Origin: a virus | Lineage: Duplodnaviria > Caudoviricetes | Direction: 5' to 3' (one strand) | DNA: 52,791 nucleotides | IMG/VR virus record: IMGVR_UViG_3300043499_000086 | Location: 1 to 52,791 of that record | Shown: positions 8,921 through 18,784 of the stretch, piece after piece | How positions within the stretch are numbered: the stretch's first letter is position 1 | Layout: the number at the start of each line of letters is the position of its first letter | The notes under the pieces: model-generated | The model's input: the letters and a program-made list of their open reading frames with translations, nothing else | Told to the model about the DNA's origin: nothing | Database searches by the model: none | Made by a program: the position numbers and the translations under genes

Positions 8921-10128
8921 GTAGGACAGCAACGGTGGGTGACAGGCTTGTCACCCCCGGTGACCTCGTCACCAGGAGCCGTCGAGTCGGAGTGATCCTG
9001 GAGGTCAGCGACGGCAAGTACACCGTCCTCTCGGCCAAGGGCACCGAGGTCTGGAAGCCCGAGGACTGCCGCAGGGGCGGCAACCCGGCGACCGGCGTGA
9101 CCTACGCGGTGCGGGCGCTGGAGGTGGTCAAGGATCGGGAGTCCAAGGCGGTCACCGACCTGGAGGTCCTGCGCCGCATGGACTCCCAGCAGCGGGCGCT
9201 CATCACCCGAGTCGCCCACAGCCAGGGCACCGCCCACGGGCTCGACTCCCGACTGGACGACATGCTCGCCCGGAACGGACTGGAGCGCAGGCCGGTGCCG
9301 ATGCACCGCTGGGTGGCGATACACGCCCGGCACATCTACGACGGCACCACCCCAGCAACCTCGGTGGGTGCGGTCATGGGTACCGACGTGTACCAGACGT
9401 TCGGCCGGGTGCCGCAGCGGATCGTGGCGGACCGGATCAGGATGATCCAGATGCCAACCGAGACGCTGCCCTTCCGCAGCGTGGACGAGTGCACCTGTGA
9501 GTCGGAGTGCCCGCCCATCGAGGCGGTGCAGGCTCAGTGGGAGAACACGGCTCGCCTCGGTGCGGGGTGGCGGACCGAGATTCTCGGTCTCCGCATGGCG
9601 TTCACCACGGAGTCCCGGTCTGGTAACGGCTGCCGTCACCAGACCGCGCTCAGCGCCGTCGCCACCTGGGAGGAGGCGTTCCCGGACGCGACCCCGTTCC
9701 CGGTCCCGCTGACCGACCACTCCCTGGAGGCGTTCCTGCCGGGGGACACGGTGCGGATCACCCGCTCCGGCCACGAGATGCAGGTGGGCTGGGAGTTCAC
9801 GGTGGAGAGCGTCCGTACTGACGGTCGCCTGGTCGGCCGCTCGGACGAACACACCCGGTTCGCCCACTACGTCATCCGTCAAGCGAACTGCGTGCGGGTC
9901 AACATCCGGGTCGGGGACCGAGTGCAGGTGGTCCACAGTCACAGCGGGCTAGCGGTGGGTGAGACCTTCACCGTCACCGCCGAGACCCAGAGCGGGCGCA
10001 CGCTGATGTACGAGTGCACCAACGTCACCGGTATGCCCGGCTGGCTCGTCCAGCGGCAGTACGTCGAGAGGGTGACAAACCTGTCACCCACACCACCGGC
10101 TCCCGTCGCGGACGACGAGCCCTTCTAG
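8917..10128 (+). CDS. hypothetical protein with SH3/KOW-like 'GDxVxV' modules
   Basis: 403 aa; GTGA coupling; palindrome copies near both ends. Confidence 0.7.
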   Translation: MSRTATVGDRLVTPGDLVTRSRRVGVILEVSDGKYTVLSAKGTEVWKPEDCRRGGNPATGVTYAVRALEVVKDRESKAVTDLEVLRRMDSQQRALITRVAHSQGTAHGLDSRLDDMLARNGLERRPVPMHRWVAIHARHIYDGTTPATSVGAVMGTDVYQTFGRVPQRIVADRIRMIQMPTETLPFRSVDECTCESECPPIEAVQAQWENTARLGAGWRTEILGLRMAFTTESRSGNGCRHQTALSAVATWEEAFPDATPFPVPLTDHSLEAFLPGDTVRITRSGHEMQVGWEFTVESVRTDGRLVGRSDEHTRFAHYVIRQANCVRVNIRVGDRVQVVHSHSGLAVGETFTVTAETQSGRTLMYECTNVTGMPGWLVQRQYVERVTNLSPTPPAPVADDEPF

Positions 10129-10320
10129 ACCTCTCCTGGTGGGAGAGAAGGCACCCGCCCCCCAAGCCCCTGCAACCGGGGGGCGGGTGTCCCCCACCGA
10201 GAGCGGTGCGAGCCGGTGACTGCTCGGCTACCCCGAGCCAGGAATCCCCCTGGTTGCCGAGCAGTCTCCGCTTCGCATCACCACGACGCGAAGTTCCCAT
10301 CAATGAGAGGACCGCTCACT

Positions 10321-10812
10321 ATGAGCAGCAACACCAGCAGCACCAGCACCGCCGTCCTGCGCGACATCATCGCGTCGTCCGGGTACTCGTACCGGGTCAG
10401 CGACGACGACCTGCGCTCCATCGCGCAGAGCCCGAACCCGCGGGAGACCTGCGAGCGGATCGTCCGCAACCTGGGCGGTAGCCCCCGCGACTTCTCGAAC
10501 CTCATCGACCGGGTCGTCGCGGCTGCTCAGGCCCCGACGCAGGGCACCCCGCAGGACTCGGCCCCGGACACCGCCGAGGTCGAGGAGGGCACCCTGACCG
10601 AGATCGCGGACCGCCTGCGGACGTTCGCCGCGGGCCAGGGCCTCCCCTCCGCGATGGTCGAGGAAGCCCTGGTCTACGCCGGGCTCGTCCAGCCGGAGCC
10701 GGAGGACGAGGAGGACGTGCCCGAGGGCGACCAGAACGCCATCAACGCGGCGATCCTGGCGACCCTCAAGAAGATGAACAAGCGCCTCAAGCGGGTCGAG
10801 AAGGCCCTCTGA
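10321..10812 (+). CDS. hypothetical protein
   Basis: GAGAGGA RBS; followed by a hairpin. Confidence 0.7.
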   Translation: MSSNTSSTSTAVLRDIIASSGYSYRVSDDDLRSIAQSPNPRETCERIVRNLGGSPRDFSNLIDRVVAAAQAPTQGTPQDSAPDTAEVEEGTLTEIADRLRTFAAGQGLPSAMVEEALVYAGLVQPEPEDEEDVPEGDQNAINAAILATLKKMNKRLKRVEKAL

Positions 10813-10818
10813 GGTACC

Positions 10819-10862
10819 ACCAGTAGCCCGGCCCCGTCAGGGGGGTCGGGCTACTGGTGTTT
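10819..10862 (+). terminator. stem-loop, probable terminator
   Basis: ACCAGTAGCCCGGCCCC...GGGGTCGGGCTACTGGT followed by GTTT. Confidence 0.55.
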
Positions 10863-10952
10863 CACCCCTCAGCCGGTGTGGGTGACAAACCTGTCACCCA
10901 CACCGGTAGTACAATGGAACACACCAAACCCACCACGAGAGGACCCGCCATC

Positions 10953-12272
10953 ATGGCACCCCGCGTAACTCAGCAAGAGGTTCGCTTCCGCTCCCCGTCC
11001 GCCTCACGCACCGCGAAGATAGCCGAGATGCTCGGCTGGTCCCTGACCTGGGCGAGCCACCAGCATCGGGCGATCAAGGCGCGAGGACCCATAGACGACA
11101 AGGAAATCCTGATCCCGGTCACCACCTCGGTCAACGCCAACCGGGCACGGGCGATGCTGACGCAGGTGCTCCGGCACAGCGGGCAGGAACGAACGGACGC
11201 CCTATTCATGGGCATTGAGGGCGACCTGTCGAAGGACGATGAACTCGCAGAACTCGCACTCGAACTCGGCATGGTCGGGCGAAGGGTCGATGAGCGCATC
11301 GAGCAGCGGCGCGAGGAGGAAGCCGAGGACCTGGTTGCGTCGATCATCCAGGCCGCGGTCAACAACCTCGTCTCTGAGGTTCGTGTCGAGCACGGCGCGA
11401 AGGGCGAGAAACTCAAGGGTGAGTGGTGGGCCATCGCCACCTCCGATGGCACCTACTTCGAGTGCCGTGACCACGAGCCGCCCTACCCTCGCGTCGAGAC
11501 CAGGGCGGGGGTCGGCGGTCACAACCGGATGATGCACGGTGACCCGGAGGAGGTCGCTGCCACCCAGGCCAAGGCGCACGCCGCCACCGCGAAGCAGGCG
11601 GCGGACCGCAAGGCGCGGGTGACCGAGGTGACGCGCGTCCCCTGGCTCGCCAAGAAAGGGGCTGGGCAGGGCGAGGGTGTCGGCCGGGTCTACTCGCACG
11701 AGTTCGTGGATGAGGTCACCTACGCGGACGGCACCGTCGAGTACGAGTGCAACATCTGCCACGAGTTCACCCGCGAGAAGGGTCGGCCGGTCGCGCAGCA
11801 CATCGGCGCGGCGCACAAGGACCGCGAGCGCACGCAGACCGTCGAGACCCACATCACCACCGAGTACCCGGCCCCGGAGTACCACTACCCCAGTGGGCAC
11901 CCGCACCGCCGCAGCCGGAAGTTGCGGACCGAGGTGCTGTCCGCGCTGGACACCATCGAGAACTGGCACCTGCTCTCGCGTGAGGAACTGGCGACCCAGA
12001 TCGAGGAGCGGATCATGGAGGCCCGGCCGGAGCGCCAGCCTGCGGAACCGCTGACCGACACCGAGATTCTGGCGCGCATCGCCATGCTGCTGGACCGTGG
12101 GCAGTTCGACCAGATGCGCCAGGAGGTGAACGCCCTGACGCAGCAGGTGGTTTCGCTGACCAGCGAGCGGGACGAGGCGCTCGTGAGCGCGGAGGTTGCG
12201 ACTGCCGACGCGGCCAGGGCGCGCAGTAACCTGCGCACCTTCAAGGAACTCGTCAGCGAAGTCGAGGAGTGA
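10953..12272 (+). CDS. hypothetical protein with C2H2-like zinc sites and a C-terminal coiled coil
   Basis: YECNICHEF...HIGAAH; heptad-like C-terminus; GAGAGGA RBS. Confidence 0.75.
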   Translation: MAPRVTQQEVRFRSPSASRTAKIAEMLGWSLTWASHQHRAIKARGPIDDKEILIPVTTSVNANRARAMLTQVLRHSGQERTDALFMGIEGDLSKDDELAELALELGMVGRRVDERIEQRREEEAEDLVASIIQAAVNNLVSEVRVEHGAKGEKLKGEWWAIATSDGTYFECRDHEPPYPRVETRAGVGGHNRMMHGDPEEVAATQAKAHAATAKQAADRKARVTEVTRVPWLAKKGAGQGEGVGRVYSHEFVDEVTYADGTVEYECNICHEFTREKGRPVAQHIGAAHKDRERTQTVETHITTEYPAPEYHYPSGHPHRRSRKLRTEVLSALDTIENWHLLSREELATQIEERIMEARPERQPAEPLTDTEILARIAMLLDRGQFDQMRQEVNALTQQVVSLTSERDEALVSAEVATADAARARSNLRTFKELVSEVEE

Positions 12273-12631
12273 CAAACATGTCACCCTCGCTGTTCTTCGA
12301 CAAGCAGGGCCAGCCCCTGCCCGACGTACTGACATGGGCCAAGTTGCTGGAGGACCCCGAGTACCAGGTGGTCGCGCAGGACGAGGTGCCCGGCCCGACC
12401 GGGCAGATGTGGGTCAGCACAATCTGGCTTGGCCTCCCGCAGAACCTCTCCGGCCTACCGGGGTACGGCCCACCGATCATCTTCGAGACGGCGATCTTCG
12501 AGTCGCCTCGCAGACTCATCTCCATCTGGGCTCGGTACGCCACCGAGCAGGCCGCGCAGGACGGCCACAAGTTGGCGGTCCAGGCGATAGCAGACGGAAT
12601 CTTCATACCACCAGGAGAGGAAGCACCATGA
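12269..12631 (+). CDS. hypothetical protein (VSTIWLG...IFETAIF motif)
   Basis: Coupled ORF; start lies within a palindrome copy. Confidence 0.65.
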   Translation: MTNMSPSLFFDKQGQPLPDVLTWAKLLEDPEYQVVAQDEVPGPTGQMWVSTIWLGLPQNLSGLPGYGPPIIFETAIFESPRRLISIWARYATEQAAQDGHKLAVQAIADGIFIPPGEEAP

Positions 12632-13035
12632 AGGCAGTTCTGATGCCAGTGATCGGTGAGGCGACGGAGGTTGAGGTCGAGGAGGACTGGCGCTCTCTTG
12701 CCAATGCCATCGAGTCGCAGTACATCGAGGTGGTCCGCCCTCACGGGTTCGGCCCTCGTGACATTCGGGCGGGCTCGCCGGTCCTGATCGTGGACGAGGA
12801 GGGCGCGGTCCGCGGGGTCAAGTCGATCAACGTCGGGGCCAGCCTCCTGTATGGCGGACCCATCTACGGAGCGGTGCTGGTTCTAGGAGAGGGGATGGTC
12901 GATAGCGGAGAAGGTTTCGATGAGCCCGATCTGATCGGGCTGGAGAAGGTCCCGCCGCGGAGTGCGGACGGGTGGGTTGGCTACGTCAACGGGCTTGTGC
13001 AGGTCCTGGCACGGGCTCACGGAAGGGATATCTGA
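12628..13035 (+). CDS. DUF3846-like protein
   Basis: YIEVV...LIVDEEG...N..AS.LY..PIYG.V pattern. Confidence 0.65.
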   Translation: MKAVLMPVIGEATEVEVEEDWRSLANAIESQYIEVVRPHGFGPRDIRAGSPVLIVDEEGAVRGVKSINVGASLLYGGPIYGAVLVLGEGMVDSGEGFDEPDLIGLEKVPPRSADGWVGYVNGLVQVLARAHGRDI

Positions 13036-13368
13036 ATGGTGCAGGCAGTCGAATACATGGACCGCGTTGCCAAGGGAGCCTCGGTCCTCACGGAGTTCGA
13101 CAAGCATTGGCCGAAGCGGGTGCATCTCAAGCGTCTGGACATCGACAACATCGACGCCTGTGTCGTGGTGCAGGTGGTCACGGACTGCGACGGGTTCAAC
13201 GAGGCCATCGAGTGGCTCGCGTTCCAGGAGCACGGGTGGGCCACGACCAGCGAGGGCGAGGAGTGGATCGAGGCTCACGGCTTCGACGCTGCCCACCCTG
13301 GCGACATGCCTCTGCTGAACCAGTTGTGGCGCAGCCGCATCCGTACACTCAGGGCGCACTTCCTGTAG
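13036..13368 (+). CDS. hypothetical protein
   Basis: 110-aa ORF in the operon. Confidence 0.6.
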   Translation: MVQAVEYMDRVAKGASVLTEFDKHWPKRVHLKRLDIDNIDACVVVQVVTDCDGFNEAIEWLAFQEHGWATTSEGEEWIEAHGFDAAHPGDMPLLNQLWRSRIRTLRAHFL

Positions 13369-13373
13369 TATAA

Positions 13374-13718
13374 ATGAACACCATGAGCACAACCGAGAGG
13401 AGAGCCGTGCCGACACGTCGGCGCGAGATTCCGCCACGCCAGAACGCCCGAGACTGGGGTCCTGGCATCACGGAAGCCAAGCGCCATCCAGGGGAGTGGG
13501 TGCTTGTGTTCGAGCAAGCCCCACGGTCCCTTCCCAACGCGCACGTCCGGGGCAAGATCACCGCGTTGATATCAGACAAGTGGTGTTTTGACCTCATCAC
13601 CCGCAACACCACGGGGATCAAGGCTGACATCTGGATCAGGGCTCGCACCTGGGAGGAAGTCGAAGCCGAGGAGGCAGCCGCCGCAGAGGCGGCCGAGGCA
13701 GTAGGAGAGGAAACGTAG
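13374..13718 (+). CDS. hypothetical protein
   Basis: 114-aa ORF; start uncertain. Confidence 0.55.
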   Translation: MNTMSTTERRAVPTRRREIPPRQNARDWGPGITEAKRHPGEWVLVFEQAPRSLPNAHVRGKITALISDKWCFDLITRNTTGIKADIWIRARTWEEVEAEEAAAAEAAEAVGEET

Positions 13719-14299
13719 TGCTACCGAAGATTCAGGTAGAGGGACGGCTCACTCGCAACCCGGAGTTGAAGTTCCTTCCCAGCGGTGTGGCGGTCGCGTC
13801 GTTCGGCGTGGCCTGCAATGACCGCAGGAAGAACCAGACCACGGGTGAGTGGGAGGACGGGGAGACCACCTTCCTGGACTGCTCTGCTTGGCGGGAGACC
13901 GCGGAGCATGTGGCCGATTCCCTCCACAAGGGAGACCTGGTGCTCATCAACGGCAAGTTGGCGATGCGGAAGTACACCAACAAGGACAACGCCGAGGTGA
14001 CCACCTACGGGGTGACGGTCGAGACCATCGGACCGTCGCTGCAATGGAACGCCGTGAGTGTCGCGGCGCGGGCGTCCCGGACCCAGACGCCTCCCGCTGC
14101 GAGCGAGGACCCGTGGGCGACCATGCCTCAGCCTCCTCCGCAGCAGCCTGTCGCCCCCGCTCAACAGCCCGCTGCCGGGCCGGGACCGGCCTACGGTCCT
14201 CCGGCTCAGGCCCCGCCCGCTGCGCCCCCACAGGGCCAGCAGGCGCAGCCACAGTGGGCCGGTCAGGCGATGCCCTCGTATGACGAACCGCCGTTTTGA
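13718..14299 (+). CDS. ssb: single-stranded DNA-binding protein
   Basis: GRLTRNPELKF.PSG.AVA.F.VA OB-fold, P/Q-rich linker, acidic C-terminal DEPPF as in actinobacterial SSB. Confidence 0.93.
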   Translation: MLPKIQVEGRLTRNPELKFLPSGVAVASFGVACNDRRKNQTTGEWEDGETTFLDCSAWRETAEHVADSLHKGDLVLINGKLAMRKYTNKDNAEVTTYGVTVETIGPSLQWNAVSVAARASRTQTPPAASEDPWATMPQPPPQQPVAPAQQPAAGPGPAYGPPAQAPPAAPPQGQQAQPQWAGQAMPSYDEPPF

Positions 14300-14353
14300 G
14301 GGTGACAAGGTTGTCACCCACACCCCATCCACAACCACAGAGAGGATGACAGC

Positions 14354-14680
14354 GTGACCACCGAGGCCGCAACGCAGGACGCCCCATCGCCCCAGGACGA
14401 GACGCCCCCGGACGAGGGCACGACGACGCAGCAGGTGTCGAGCAAGGAACGGAGTGCCGTCTACACGCAGGCCGTGGCCCGGCTCCGTGACAAGTACCGG
14501 GAGGAGTTCGACGGCTACCTCGTGGACGGCTACGCCGCCATCGGTATCGAGTGGACGCCGAAGCCGAACGAGACGCAGAAGGCGAAGGCGGAGATCGAGC
14601 GCCTGCTCGCCGCTCACCCGGAACTGCGCCAGTTGTTCGCCATCGGAGCGGACCCGGCGCTCGACTCCGCCAACCCGTAA
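14354..14680 (+). CDS. hypothetical protein
   Basis: GTG after the palindrome and ACCACAGAGAGGA. Confidence 0.65.
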   Translation: MTTEAATQDAPSPQDETPPDEGTTTQQVSSKERSAVYTQAVARLRDKYREEFDGYLVDGYAAIGIEWTPKPNETQKAKAEIERLLAAHPELRQLFAIGADPALDSANP

Positions 14681-14858
14681 GACCTCTGCCGGGGGTGACA
14701 AAGGTGTCACCCCCGGCAGACCCCCACCACCACAGAGAGAGGAACCCAATCATGGGTGTTATTGGAGAGCCCCAGCGAGAGATCGAGTTCGAGCCCATCG
14801 AGGCTCCAGTTGAGGCTCCGGAGCCGGAGCAGGTGCCGGTACCCGAGGAGGTGCCCGC

Positions 14859-15533
14859 ATGACGATCTGCCCCGAGTGCATGGTTGACGGTGGACACAAG
14901 ATGGACTGCTCGAACCGACCCATCAAGGTGGTGCTGCCAGGGACGATCCAGTGGACGGCAGGGACGGTGATGCCGCCGATGCCGACGCCACCGCCCAACG
15001 TCGAGGTGCCCCTCGTCGCCGGGTCGGTGATCGGCCTGCGGGCCTGGCGACTGGACGACTTCGGTGAACTCCTGGCGTATGCACAGAAGGCGGCCCCACC
15101 GTGGCGGCCGGGTGAGAACGAGAGCGTCTGCCTCGCCAGCGGGCTCAGCGGCCCGATGGACCAGTGGCCGTGCTCGCCCGACTGCGTGACCTGCCGGGAC
15201 GCAATCGCCCTGCGCACCAACGGGCACACGTTCGACGCCCGGTGCACCTGCGGGTTCTACGGGGTGTTCCGGCCCGGCCACATCCCCACCCGCAACAGCC
15301 CCGAGTACGTCGTCGTCGGGGTGATCGAGGCGTATGGCCGGACGGTCATCGGACCGGGCGGATTCCGGGCATCCAAGGCGAAGGTGCTCGCGCTGACCGG
15401 CCCGCCAGGGGCGGCGTACCCAGCCAGCATCTTCGGACGGCTGAGCGAGCGGTGGGGGAGCGTGCCGTTCCTGCCCAGCCTGGCCCACGCCGTAGCCGAG
15501 TTCCCGATCACCGACCCGAAGGACTACCTCTGA
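14859..15533 (+). CDS. hypothetical protein (G.RAW...CTCGFY...G.V....GFRA motif)
   Basis: 224 aa; motif familiar from actinophage hypotheticals; preceded by a 36-aa acidic peptide ORF at 14752-14862. Confidence 0.7.
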   Translation: MTICPECMVDGGHKMDCSNRPIKVVLPGTIQWTAGTVMPPMPTPPPNVEVPLVAGSVIGLRAWRLDDFGELLAYAQKAAPPWRPGENESVCLASGLSGPMDQWPCSPDCVTCRDAIALRTNGHTFDARCTCGFYGVFRPGHIPTRNSPEYVVVGVIEAYGRTVIGPGGFRASKAKVLALTGPPGAAYPASIFGRLSERWGSVPFLPSLAHAVAEFPITDPKDYL

Positions 15534-15797
15534 TGGACACCGAGGAGATGGGGCCTGCCACGACCCCCTACGAGGCCACGAGGGCGCTGTACCGGGAGGC
15601 GATGGTGGCCTGGCGCAACGGCGACCTGGAGGGGTTCGCCAACTTCCTGGACCTGGCGAGCAAGTGTGCCCTCATCGGCATCGCCTCAACCCAGGAGAGG
15701 ACGAACCGATGAACTGGGGCTGGGCCATCCCCATTCTGGCGGTCGTCATCGTTCTCATCGCCCTGGGTCGGGCGATCATCACCGGACGGGGGCGCAG

Positions 15798-16115
15798 GTG
15801 AACTGGGTCATCGGCATCTACGTCACCTGCGCTGGCATCTGGGGACTGGTCTGGGGAGTCAGCGCGCTCATCGCCCTGGCTGACTGGCGCGAGCACCGAG
15901 AGAGGGGCTACGCCGAGGAGAAGGCCATCGCGGACCGGGGTGGCTTCCTCGGCTCGATGGCGATGTTCGCCTGCACGCCGATCTGGCCGGTGCCCGTGTT
16001 GGTGTACGCCTACAAAGGCATCCGCGTCCTCGTCATTGAGACCAAACGCGCCGCCATCGAGGAGGCCGCAGACGCGGCCGAGAAAGCGAGAAAGAGGATT
16101 CAGGATGAGCGGTGA
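15798..16115 (+). CDS. membrane protein
   Basis: Two hydrophobic segments. Confidence 0.55.
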   Translation: MNWVIGIYVTCAGIWGLVWGVSALIALADWREHRERGYAEEKAIADRGGFLGSMAMFACTPIWPVPVLVYAYKGIRVLVIETKRAAIEEAADAAEKARKRIQDER

Positions 16116-16338
16116 TCCCGAGTACGACTACGAGCAGCGGTTCACGAAGAAGGACCTGACCTTCTTCACCTGGTACGCCAACCAGCACGTCCGGGAGGTC
16201 ATGGCCCTGGTCGAGAACCAGGGCCTCAGCGCCTTCACGTTCCGCACGATCCTCGTTGACTTCCTGGTCGGCGCAATGGTCAACGCGGAGGACGATTCAC
16301 CACAGGATTCCCCCACCGGAAAGAGAGGAACAGCATGA
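16105..16338 (+). CDS. hypothetical protein
   Basis: AGAGGA RBS; coupled to the next gene. Confidence 0.5.
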   Translation: MSGDPEYDYEQRFTKKDLTFFTWYANQHVREVMALVENQGLSAFTFRTILVDFLVGAMVNAEDDSPQDSPTGKRGTA

Positions 16339-16871
16339 ACCTCAGCATTGACCACGACCTCGCGGTCACCGCGCTGTCGGTCATCGAGATGTACCCGAGC
16401 CGCCACAACCAGGAGTCCTGGCGTGACGACCGGGACGACCGCCACCGCATCGAGGACTTCGAGGACCCGCTGGACGAGGCGTGCGGCACCGCGTTCTGTC
16501 ACGCGGGCTGGATCGCCACGCTCGACCACGCCAAGTGGGCAGCGCGCACCGACCTGGTCATCTCCGGGACGCAGCCGCTCATCAAGGGAGACCGGGTGGC
16601 GCACCCGGTCTACTGCATCTGCCCTCCCGAGCAGCGGTACTGCGAGTGCGGGAACGACATGCCGGTGTCGATCTACGCCATGCAGCGGGTCGGCCTGGAC
16701 GACGCCGGAGCGGACGCCCTGTTCGCGCCGCAGAACCAGGTCGAGGACCTGCGCGCGGGGACCAAGGCGCTGGTCAACGGCGAGGACGTGTATGAGGCCG
16801 TGCACCAGAGCCACATGGACCACGGGCGGGCCTGCTCGGACGGCTGCATGGGCGAGGAGGACGACGAGTGA
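16335..16871 (+). CDS. hypothetical protein (HNQ..W...CGTA.C.AGW motif)
   Basis: Motif familiar from actinophages; GAGAGGA RBS. Confidence 0.7.
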   Translation: MNLSIDHDLAVTALSVIEMYPSRHNQESWRDDRDDRHRIEDFEDPLDEACGTAFCHAGWIATLDHAKWAARTDLVISGTQPLIKGDRVAHPVYCICPPEQRYCECGNDMPVSIYAMQRVGLDDAGADALFAPQNQVEDLRAGTKALVNGEDVYEAVHQSHMDHGRACSDGCMGEEDDE

Positions 16872-17155
16872 GTGACAAGGTTGTCACCCCCGGCCACAAC
16901 CTCATCCCGGTCGGCATGACCAAGGAAACCCTCGGGTTCCTGCTGGCCGATATCCGCGAGCACGTCCTGGAGGGCGACTCCTACGAGGGCAGCATCGAGT
17001 ACACGATGCCTGCGCCAGCGACACCTGAGGAGGAGGTGGCCGGGTGGCCGAGCGCGGACGCCGAGTTCTGGGTGACCGCGGTCTACCGGATCGGCAACCT
17101 CCAGGGCCAGGGCGGGATGCGGATGATCGGCAAGGTGCGCGATGGCGAAGGGTGA
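16868..17155 (+). CDS. hypothetical protein
   Basis: GTGA coupling; start overlaps a palindrome copy. Confidence 0.6.
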   Translation: MSDKVVTPGHNLIPVGMTKETLGFLLADIREHVLEGDSYEGSIEYTMPAPATPEEEVAGWPSADAEFWVTAVYRIGNLQGQGGMRMIGKVRDGEG

Positions 17156-17559
17156 TCCGCTCAGCGAGCCCGGACGGTTCGCTCCGCTTGCGCCGGACCA
17201 CCCCCTCGTGGGGCGGGACTGCGTGGTCTGTCTCGAACCGTTCGAGGCGGGCGACGAGGTGGTGCTCATCGACTCGGGCAAGCCCGCCGAGGGCCTGACC
17301 GTCGAGGCCGACCCGGCGCACGAGGGGTGCGTGGTCTGGATGGCGACGTGACACCTGACGTGACCTGGGAGGAGTACGACGAACTCCGTCGTCTCCGTGC
17401 CGAGGTGGCCGAGTACCGCCAGGCCATCACCTGGGACACGACCTGCCTGAACTGCTCCAGCCTGCTCGACGCGAACTACCAGTTGTATGTCCGCGTCGAG
17501 CAGGCGGAGGACAGGGCCGCGCGCTGGAAGGCGTCCTACGAGAAGGCGGTGGGAGTCGA

Positions 17560-17976
17560 GTGAGGGTCCTGGTCACGGGCTCCCGCAACTGGGTGGACCG
17601 GGACGCGATCAAGGCGGAGATGGTCAGGGTGATGGGCACCACCGCTCCGCAGGAGATGATCCTGGTCAGCGGCGCGCAGCGCAGTTGGGACCGCATGGCC
17701 CAGGTGTTCTACGGGGCGGACTACCTGGCTGAGCAGGTGGCCGAGGACCTGGGCTGGATCATCGAGCAGTACCCCGCGGACTGGGACACTCACGGCCGAG
17801 CGGCCGGTCCCATCCGCAACGCGGTGATGGTCAAGACTGGAGCCGATGTCTGCCTGGCCTTCCCGATGACGGGGAGCAGGGGGACTATTGACTGCATGAG
17901 ACGGGCCAAGGTCGCCCGGATTCCGGTAATCGTCAGGACACCCGCTATGACGGTCGGAGTCCCCTGGGAGGGCTGA
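17560..17976 (+). CDS. SLOG-family (YspA/DUF2493-like) protein
   Basis: RVLVTGSR.W...GAD..A...YPADW...G.AAGPIRN..MV...D..LAF...SRGT. Confidence 0.85.
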   Translation: MRVLVTGSRNWVDRDAIKAEMVRVMGTTAPQEMILVSGAQRSWDRMAQVFYGADYLAEQVAEDLGWIIEQYPADWDTHGRAAGPIRNAVMVKTGADVCLAFPMTGSRGTIDCMRRAKVARIPVIVRTPAMTVGVPWEG

Positions 17977-18193
17977 GGTCGTGGCGGCACCGGTCCTGCA
18001 ATCCCCCTGACCAGGGCCGGTGCCGTCCACAACGGGTGACAAGTTTGTCACCCCGACGACAGGGCCGCCTCCTCACGGAGACGGCCCTGTCTGGCGCTCA
18101 TCTTCGGAGCCACCACGCCCCTAGAGCCCCTGGGCAGGGAGGAGAGGAAACTCCACACGACCCGAGTCCGAATCATAGAAGCCAGAACCGTTC

Positions 18194-18229
18194 AGCCCTG
18201 AACCCCAACGGGTTCAGGGCTATTTTTTT
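18194..18229 (+). terminator. intrinsic terminator
   Basis: 12-bp stem AGCCCTGAACCC/GGGTTCAGGGCT, 4-nt loop, then A-T7. Confidence 0.8.
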
Positions 18230-18475
18230 GCCCACACCCAGGCCACTATCATGGGCACCATCCACACCCAGGAGCCACCGCAAACACTATTGCTGAACCC
18301 CTTGCGCACGTCCCTGGGCAGGGCCAGGGTTGGGGGACAAGCAGGACCCCCGGACCGCAAGCACGGTCTCCAGGGGTCCACCGGCTCAACGAGGACACAG
18401 GCTCGGAACCGGTTGCTTACGCACCAGCGTAGCAACCCCGGCGTGCTCTCGACAGACGTAAAGGGGACACACCGG

Positions 18476-18784
18476 ATGACCAACACAGCGCGACCCACCT
18501 GGCGGGCCAAGCAGCACCAGGCCCTACAGGACGGCCTGGTCTGCGGAGGGTGCAAGCAACCCATCCCCAGGGGCACGCACTACGTCCAGGACCGGTCACG
18601 GACCAAGTTCCACCCCCTGTGCAAGCGCGCACACGTCACCGTGGCGAAGCAGCAGTACCGGCGCTACCTCGTGGACCCGGCTGTCGGCGCGACCTGCCCT
18701 GGGTGCGATCACCTCATCACCGACGAGGACCGCATCGTCTACCGCTCCGCCATCCCGTGGCACAAAGAGTGCAGGCCGGGATGA
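18476..18784 (+). CDS. tandem CxxC...HxxC zinc-finger protein
   Basis: CGGC...FHPLC and CPGC...WHKEC; AAAGGGG RBS. Confidence 0.65.
   Translation: MTNTARPTWRAKQHQALQDGLVCGGCKQPIPRGTHYVQDRSRTKFHPLCKRAHVTVAKQQYRRYLVDPAVGATCPGCDHLITDEDRIVYRSAIPWHKECRPG

Noticed and set aside
10129-18475. tRNA genes in the structured intergenic regions
   Set aside because: No cloverleaf with a T-loop (GTTCRA) and acceptor stem was found.
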